Source of the DNA: Bacillota bacterium
GTDB taxonomy: Bacteria; Bacillota; Clostridia; Saccharofermentanales; Saccharofermentanaceae
Direction: 5' to 3'
Assembly (NCBI GenBank): GCA_052036055.1
Contig: JBPOHB010000024.1
Span: 1-31,900 of the forward strand
DNA: 31,900 nucleotides
The first letter of the stretch is position 1, and every line of letters starts with the position of its first letter. The notes beneath the pieces are model-generated. The model made no database searches. It saw only the letters and a program-made list of their open reading frames with translations, and had not been told where the DNA came from. A program made the position numbers and the translations under genes. Positions 25,270 to 31,900 of this stretch are shown piece after piece.

Positions 25270-25398
25270 ATTGAGATACCACCTTCTTTAAGATTAGGTA
25301 GGCTACGGGGGATAAAACCAGGTCTTTAAAAATCTACCTAATCGTTACGAAGAAGTATAATTTAAATCGCTATCTATACCGTTCCATGACCTGTGAAC

Positions 25399-25427
25399 AG
25401 AATACCATGCAAATCGCAAAAAAACAA
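25399..25427 (-). promoter_or_regulatory. Candidate sigma-A promoter of the zinc-ribbon gene
   Basis: Minus strand TTGTTT-17 nt-TATTCT with extended TGn; implies a ~120-nt leader. Confidence 0.55.
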
Positions 25428-25443
25428 GTAATTTTATAAATTA

Positions 25444-25487
25444 GGCAAAATGCAACGAAACAGCGGGCGTTTTTTCGTCATTTTGTC
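25444..25487 (-). terminator. Imperfect hairpin after eno, possible terminator
   Basis: GGCAAAATG..ACGAAA / TTTCGT.CATTTTGTC inverted repeat 15 nt past the eno stop. Confidence 0.35.
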
Positions 25488-25501
25488 AAAATCACACATA
25501 G

Positions 25502-26827
<1,326 letters not shown>

Positions 26828-26836
26828 TCAGGCACA

Positions 26837-27268
26837 TCAATGGGTTTTCTGAGTCTTTCTGAAGCAATCATCACAGTAACCATACAGTTCGAAATTGTGA
26901 CCTAGGACGTGAAAATGACTTTTCTTCGCCGCATCTGCCTGTGATGCCACTTCCACAGGACAGATATCGATGGGAGTCATGCAATGGCAATTACAGCATA
27001 CCGCATAATGTGTGTGCCGATTGAGTGATGTATCAAAAAGTGCCGTCTGCGTATCAGACAAAACGGTTTTGCGTGCGAGCCCGTATTTGCAGAAAGAATC
27101 CAGAACGCGATAGATGGTTGATAAACAAATCGGGTTCCCAGCGGAAAGGAGTCTGTCTGAAACGAAATTTGCGGAGACAGGAACGATTTCACCTGAAAGG
27201 ATCGAATAGACGGCTTCACGCGTTTTTGTTCGCTTCAGCCCTTTTGGCCAATTTGTCTCTTCATTCAT
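26837..27268 (-). CDS. zur: Fur-family regulator, probably Zur
   Basis: TKTREAV, STIYRVL helix, H-x-H-x-x-C-x-x-C and C-terminal YGYCDDC; encoded inside a Zn-uptake operon. Confidence 0.8.
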   Translation of the reverse strand: MNEETNWPKGLKRTKTREAVYSILSGEIVPVSANFVSDRLLSAGNPICLSTIYRVLDSFCKYGLARKTVLSDTQTALFDTSLNRHTHYAVCCNCHCMTPIDICPVEVASQADAAKKSHFHVLGHNFELYGYCDDCFRKTQKTH

Positions 27269-28109
27269 TGTCTGGGTCAGCTCCTTTCCTATGAGAACGA
27301 TACAATCGGCTTAGGATAAGTCTGAACAGAGGGCTGATCAGGAAAAAGGATACTCCGACAAGTACGATCGTCCCACCAGGCGCGAGGCCCACTACACAAG
27401 ACAATAATAAACCAATTAGGGTCGAAAGCATGGCGAAAAGAATGGAAAGTGCAATTGTCTGTCGATAGCTGCGTGCCAGTCGCATCGATGTGGCAACGGG
27501 GATGACCATTAACGACGACACGACAAGTGCTCCGACAGTTCGCGCTGCAATGGAGACCGTTATCGCAGTAAGGATGGTGAAGATGGTATTAACGATATTG
27601 ACAGGTACCCCAGATATCATGGCGGCTTGTTCATCGAATGAAATGTAAAACAATTCCTTGTAAAGAAGGACAAATGCGAGAAGGACAATAACGGCGATGA
27701 CAGTGACAAGGATTGTCTCAAAATCGCTAATGGCAACAATGCTGCCAAAGAGGAAACTACTGAAATTCGTCGCGTTTTTAACGAAACCGGACAGAACACC
27801 TGCCAGACCTACGCCGACAGATAGAATAATAGCAATCGACAACTCAGCATAGCGGGGCATTCTTTTGCGGATAGCTTCTATACTAAATGCGGCGATTAGG
27901 CAGGCACACATTGCACCCAAAATCGGATTGATTCCCAGAAGAAGTCCAGCGGCAACACCGGCCAGGGAGGAATGGGATAATGCATCTCCCATCAGTGATA
28001 GTCGCTTAAAGACAATGACCGTTCCAAGGCAGGGTACAATGATTGCCAGAAGAATTCCGACAAAGAAGGCCCGCCTTATGAAATCGTATTGCAAGAGATC
28101 CCAAATCAT
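27261..28109 (-). CDS. znuB: Zn/Mn ABC transporter permease (ZnuB/AdcB)
   Basis: RLSLMGDALSH, FLFGSI, FDEQAA..SG, VGALVVSSLM.IP motifs. Confidence 0.93.
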   Translation of the reverse strand: MIWDLLQYDFIRRAFFVGILLAIIVPCLGTVIVFKRLSLMGDALSHSSLAGVAAGLLLGINPILGAMCACLIAAFSIEAIRKRMPRYAELSIAIILSVGVGLAGVLSGFVKNATNFSSFLFGSIVAISDFETILVTVIAVIVLLAFVLLYKELFYISFDEQAAMISGVPVNIVNTIFTILTAITVSIAARTVGALVVSSLMVIPVATSMRLARSYRQTIALSILFAMLSTLIGLLLSCVVGLAPGGTIVLVGVSFFLISPLFRLILSRLYRSHRKGADPDNE

Positions 28110-28927
28110 ATGTGTTTCTCACTTTCTTTGTGTCGTGAGCATACTTCGCATTTTTCATCGTCGTGGGGGATTTCACAATTTGCGCAGTGAATATGTGTGT
28201 GTATGTGCTCATGAGAAGCGGGATGTGCGTGGATAATCAGATTCTCAGGGATCTCGTTTTCAGAGAAATTGTGATCAGAAAGACATAAGACGCGATTCGT
28301 ATAGGGAGCCATTCGGGAGAGGTCGTGCGTGACCATTATGATGGTGACATTATGCTCGATGTTGATTCTATGCAGAATCTCAAGAAGTACAGTCACGGCA
28401 CTGGGATCAATGCCGACGGTTGGTTCGTCAAGAAGAAGAATCTTCGGGTTGTTAACCAAGACGCGCGCCAGCATGACACGTTGCTGTTGCCCCCCCGACA
28501 GTTCACTTATGAGATCATTGGCGTGATCCTTCATCCCGACGGATGCGAGCGCATCAAGAGCAAGCTGCTTGTGGCGACGGTTAAAGAATCGGAAAAGACC
28601 GATTTGGGGGTAGAGCCCAAGCAGGCATACCTCAAGCGCAGTTGCGGGGAACTTTCCGGATTCATTTCCGCTATTTTGCGGAACATATCCGACGATGCTA
28701 CTTTTTGTCGCCTTAATCGGATCTTGATTGTTCAGCAGGATCTTTCCGCTTTTGGGTGTCAGAAAGCCAAGAAGAAGCTTGATCATTGTGCTTTTTCCGG
28801 TTCCGTTTGAGCCGATGATTGCAGCAAAATCACCTTCGCTTACCGAGAAGGTGACATGCTCAAGGAGGGGCTCCTCATTATAGGTAAAAGATAGGTCCTT
28901 AACATCAATTACGGGAGTATTTGTCAT
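28106..28927 (-). CDS. znuC: Zn ABC transporter ATPase (ZnuC/AdcC) with His/Cys-rich tail
   Basis: GSNGTGKST, YVPQ, LSGGQQQRV, LLLDEPT, MVTHD. Confidence 0.93.
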   Translation of the reverse strand: MTNTPVIDVKDLSFTYNEEPLLEHVTFSVSEGDFAAIIGSNGTGKSTMIKLLLGFLTPKSGKILLNNQDPIKATKSSIVGYVPQNSGNESGKFPATALEVCLLGLYPQIGLFRFFNRRHKQLALDALASVGMKDHANDLISELSGGQQQRVMLARVLVNNPKILLLDEPTVGIDPSAVTVLLEILHRINIEHNVTIIMVTHDLSRMAPYTNRVLCLSDHNFSENEIPENLIIHAHPASHEHIHTHIHCANCEIPHDDEKCEVCSRHKESEKHI

Positions 28928-28940
28928 TTTCTCTCCTCGG

Positions 28941-29855
28941 TTAGGAAAGTGCGGCTACGAGTGTATCCAGATTACTCTCCATTACGGTGAAATAGTCTTG
29001 ACCTGCAGCAATCTCGTCATCACTTATTCCTTCAAGAGGATTAAGTGCCGCAGTTTCGCAGCCTGTCTCGTCTGCAATTGCCTCTGCGACTTCCGGATTG
29101 ACCAGTTCTTCGAAAAAGATTACATGAATGTCATATTCTTCGACAAAATCAATGATATCCATCATGCGATTCGCGTCAGGCTCGGCATCTGCTGAAAGTC
29201 CCTCAATCGGTATCTGTGTCAGACCGTATGCCGCACAAAGATATCCGAAGGCCTGATGGGCCACGACAATATTCTTCTGCGGGACATCCGCGAGTGCTTC
29301 CGCGAATTCTGTATCTAACTGATCGAGCTTCTCGGAATACGTCGCAAGATTATCTTCATAGTAGGTCTTATTTGTCGGGTCAGCATTGCAAAACGCCTCG
29401 CAAATTGCTTGCATTTCTATTTTAGCATATTCAGGATCCAGCCACACATGTCCATCCGAACCGCTTTCTTCGCCATTTTCGGAATCGGTTGTTTGCAAGA
29501 GGGTTATATCGGCTGAGGCTTTGACAATGGTAAGTGATTTGCTATCGAGTGAATCGAGAACAGAAGTGACCCACCCTTCTGTATAATCGCTGTTATAGAT
29601 AAAAACGTCGGCATCACTGATGGTTATCATATCAGTACTTTTGGGTTCCCATTCGTGAGGTTCAACACCGGCAGGTGTCAAATTCGTAACGGTTACTTTA
29701 TCGCCGCCAATTTTCTGGGCAAAATCGTACATTGGATAGAAGCTAGCGACAACGGAAAGCTTGCCGTCATCCGTCTTTTTGCTTGCGCAACCACTGAATC
29801 CCATAAGGACCATTCCTGCTGACAGTAAAATAGATAGTAGACGTGTCATTTTCAT
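28941..29855 (-). CDS. znuA: Zn-binding lipoprotein (ZnuA/AdcA, cluster A-I SBP)
   Basis: FSGC lipobox; EPHEWEP, DGHVWLDP, VAHQAFGY, LNPLE give a His/His/His/Glu ligand set, which is the Zn-type pattern. Confidence 0.92.
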   Translation of the reverse strand: MKMTRLLSILLSAGMVLMGFSGCASKKTDDGKLSVVASFYPMYDFAQKIGGDKVTVTNLTPAGVEPHEWEPKSTDMITISDADVFIYNSDYTEGWVTSVLDSLDSKSLTIVKASADITLLQTTDSENGEESGSDGHVWLDPEYAKIEMQAICEAFCNADPTNKTYYEDNLATYSEKLDQLDTEFAEALADVPQKNIVVAHQAFGYLCAAYGLTQIPIEGLSADAEPDANRMMDIIDFVEEYDIHVIFFEELVNPEVAEAIADETGCETAALNPLEGISDDEIAAGQDYFTVMESNLDTLVAALS

Positions 29856-29924
29856 GGTAAATCTCCTTGTATCGTTTCAATTTGTCCATCACGATTTGTA
29901 TCGAATAAATAGAAAGGGTGTATA

Positions 29925-29951
29925 TGTAAATGCGAACGATTCGCATTTACA
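29925..29951. promoter_or_regulatory. Zur/Fur-type operator
   Basis: Perfect 12-3-12 inverted repeat TGTAAATGCGAA-cga-TTCGCATTTACA, about 70 nt upstream of znuA; resembles the 10-1-10 AAAT..NAT.ATT...ATTT geometry of Firmicute Zur boxes. Confidence 0.8.
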
Positions 29952-30062
29952 AGTGTAGCCATATACATTAGGAAGGTCAAGAGCATGAAGGAAAATGGCA
30001 CGTATTTTTTATATACGTTGATAAGCTATTGCAGAAAAGCAATCGCGAACAAGAACACACGC

Positions 30063-30473
30063 TTACTCGGGCAGAAGGGTGATTCCGCGAGACACAAGGA
30101 ATTCGTTGATTTTCTGGATCGATTCATGGCTGATAATATGTTCAATCGCGCAGGCTTCCTCATCGGCAAGCTCTTCCGGGATGCCAATTACATCGGCAAA
30201 AAGCGATTTAAGGATCTTGTGCTTCCCTTCGAGAAGAGCGGCAGTCTCAAGGCCTTGCGCGGTCAAGTGAATCTCCTGGTACTTCTCGTTGACGACATAG
30301 CCTAACTTGGCAAGCGTATTCATCGCATTGTTGACACTGGCTTTGGAGACATCAAGTTTTGCGGCGATATCGCTTACCCGCACGCCGGAATCTGCGCAAT
30401 TGGTTGCACACCGTCCCGACAAGTCAAAAACGGTCTCTAAGTAGTTCTGCATTGCGATACTAAGACTTTGCAT
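30063..30473 (-). CDS. DtxR/MntR-family metal-dependent regulator (136 aa)
   Basis: QNYLETV, VRVSDIA..L.VSKASV, LT..G, KHKIL..LF, A..EAC.IEH.IS; ATG 30473 with GGAGG SD. Confidence 0.92.
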   Translation of the reverse strand: MQSLSIAMQNYLETVFDLSGRCATNCADSGVRVSDIAAKLDVSKASVNNAMNTLAKLGYVVNEKYQEIHLTAQGLETAALLEGKHKILKSLFADVIGIPEELADEEACAIEHIISHESIQKINEFLVSRGITLLPE

Positions 30474-30506
30474 AAGAGAGATCCTCCAATACACAAGCAT
30501 AGTGAC

Positions 30507-30535
30507 ATCGTATCATCTTTTGACAATTAAGGCAA
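30507..30535 (-). promoter_or_regulatory. sigma-A promoter of the DtxR/MntR gene
   Basis: Minus strand TTGCCT-17 nt-TACGAT with extended TGn. Confidence 0.6.
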
Positions 30536-30561
30536 AGAGGCGTGAATGAGACATGTAGGTA

Positions 30562-30590
30562 TTGATTTTACTTGTGATGTCGTATAGAAT
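30562..30590 (+). promoter_or_regulatory. sigma-A promoter of the P1B ATPase
   Basis: TTGATT(30562-30567)-17 nt-TAGAAT(30585-30590). Confidence 0.6.
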
Positions 30591-30652
30591 GAACATATGA
30601 ACAGGTGCGCATACGAGCATTCGAAAAAACGAAACCGATAGGAGAATATGAA

Positions 30653-31900
30653 ATGGACATGACTTTTCGCATAAAAGGACTGGACTGCGCAAATTGCGGA
30701 GCGAAAATAGAAAGGGAAATACGAAAATACCCAGAAGTTACGGAGGCAAGCCTCGACTTCATGCAGATGAAGCTGCGTATTTCCACTTCAGATCCGATCA
30801 AGGAAGCCGTCTTCAAAAAAAGTTTGCAGGAACGAATATCCCGAATCGAACCCTCCGTTCGGATTGAGAAGGATCTGCCAAAAGATAAAGACTCATCCAA
30901 TGCGAAGGAACATGAGATGCGAGTAAGACGATTGGTTATTCTTTCTGGAACGGTGCTTTTCTTGCTTGGCATTGCTGCGGAGTATTTTCTCTCTTTTCCA
31001 AGAGTAGCAGAATTTCTCTTTATAGGATCCTACTTTTTTACCGGTCTTCCCGTCCTGTGGACAGCGGCTAGAAACCTTCGCGTAAGGAAGATGCTTGACG
31101 AGAATATTCTTATGTCCATTGCTACGATTGGGGCTTTTGCTATTTCGCAAAGCTCGGAGGCGGCGGCAGTCATGCTGTTCTATCAGATTGGTGTCTATTT
31201 TGAGCAGAAGGCGCTACAGTCATCGAGACGCTCCATATCGGAGGTTCTTGCTCTTCGCCCCGACTATGCCAACATTCTTGTGGAGGATGCTCTTGTTCGC
31301 GTGTCACCAGAAACCCTTTCCGTCGGAGATGAATTTATCGTTAAGCCAGGGGAGAGGGTCCCTCTTGATGGCATTGTATTGACAGGAGAATCGTATTTAG
31401 ATATGTCGGCACTCACGGGAGAGCCTGTCCCATCTTGGGTAGGCCCAAAGAGCGTTGTTCTTTCGGGGAGCGTCAATCAGGAATCTGTCCTAGCCATACG
31501 TGCGACAACGACATCTTCTGAATCGACCGCATCGCGGATTATTGAAATGGTTTCGGGAGCAGGCGCAAAAAAGACCGTTCGCGAAAATCAGATTACAAGG
31601 TTTGCCGCGATCTATACGCCAGTCGTTGTGAGTATGGCGATTCTTCTTGCGGTCATTCCTCCGCTGTTTTTCGGTCAGAGTTTTGCGACGTGGATCTATC
31701 GAGCCCTGTCATTTCTTGTTATTTCATGCCCGTGTGCGCTGGTCATTTCCGTTCCACTCGGCTATTTTGGCGGGATGGGCGCTGCCAGTCGAAATGGAAT
31801 TCTCATAAAAGGGAGTAGCTATCTAGACGCGCTAGCCGAGGTTACTCGTATCGTTTTTGACAAGACAGGAACGCTGACGGAGGGCGTCTTTGCGGTCACA
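30653..31900 (+). CDS. cadA: Heavy-metal-translocating P1B-type ATPase (CadA/ZntA-like), partial (runs off the window)
   Basis: Open frame from ATG 30653 (AGGAG SD) to the window end: HMA GLDCANC, DENILMSIAT, KPGERVPLDG, SALTGE, SCPCAL, GILIKG, phosphorylation site DKTGTLT. Absent from the ORF track because it has no stop. Confidence 0.96.
   Translation, partial: MDMTFRIKGLDCANCGAKIEREIRKYPEVTEASLDFMQMKLRISTSDPIKEAVFKKSLQERISRIEPSVRIEKDLPKDKDSSNAKEHEMRVRRLVILSGTVLFLLGIAAEYFLSFPRVAEFLFIGSYFFTGLPVLWTAARNLRVRKMLDENILMSIATIGAFAISQSSEAAAVMLFYQIGVYFEQKALQSSRRSISEVLALRPDYANILVEDALVRVSPETLSVGDEFIVKPGERVPLDGIVLTGESYLDMSALTGEPVPSWVGPKSVVLSGSVNQESVLAIRATTTSSESTASRIIEMVSGAGAKKTVRENQITRFAAIYTPVVVSMAILLAVIPPLFFGQSFATWIYRALSFLVISCPCALVISVPLGYFGGMGAASRNGILIKGSSYLDALAEVTRIVFDKTGTLTEGVFAVT

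Noticed and set aside
29985-30305. 106-aa plus-strand ORF with a possible SD
   Set aside because: Mostly antisense to the DtxR/MntR gene; no recognisable family.
30517-30536. TTTGCCTTAA (minus strand) resembling half of the B. subtilis MntR operator over the DtxR/MntR -35
   Set aside because: Only about 5 of 9 positions are dyad-symmetric, too weak to call without footprinting.
30568-30972. 134-aa minus-strand ORF
   Set aside because: Antisense shadow of the cadA HMA domain and promoter; the plus strand carries GLDCANC and a continuous P1B-ATPase frame.

Overview
A ~31.9 kb chromosomal segment, probably from a Bacillota/Clostridia-type anaerobe (inferred from gene content, sigma-A promoters and SD motifs). 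In order: the end of a [NiFe]-hydrogenase maturation operon (hypF'-hypC-hypD-hypE); an ABC exporter pair whose ATPase has an in-frame TGA; azlC-azlD; a metallophosphoesterase; a run of NERD-like, coiled-coil and MmcQ/YjbR genes ending in an apparent response-regulator/BceB-permease deletion chimera; an atypical SDR; a lipoprotein-GNAT-(APH+VOC fusion) cluster; a DUF4353-VTC-DUF4956 operon; tRNA-Ala(CGC); aspS; a 1438-aa double C-type-lectin surface protein; a small zinc-ribbon protein with a structured leader; and a metal-homeostasis block (znuA-znuC-znuB-zur-eno behind a Zur-like box, a DtxR/MntR regulator, and a cadA-type P1B ATPase running off the right edge). No mobile element, prophage or CRISPR array is visible, and no new system can be proven from the sequence alone. 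The best leads are the regulator-permease chimera, enolase at the end of a Zur-type operon, the dual-EPN lectin adhesin, the NERD/coiled-coil/MmcQ unit, the VTC operon and several enzymes with degenerate catalytic motifs. Family assignments come from motif recognition, not database searches.
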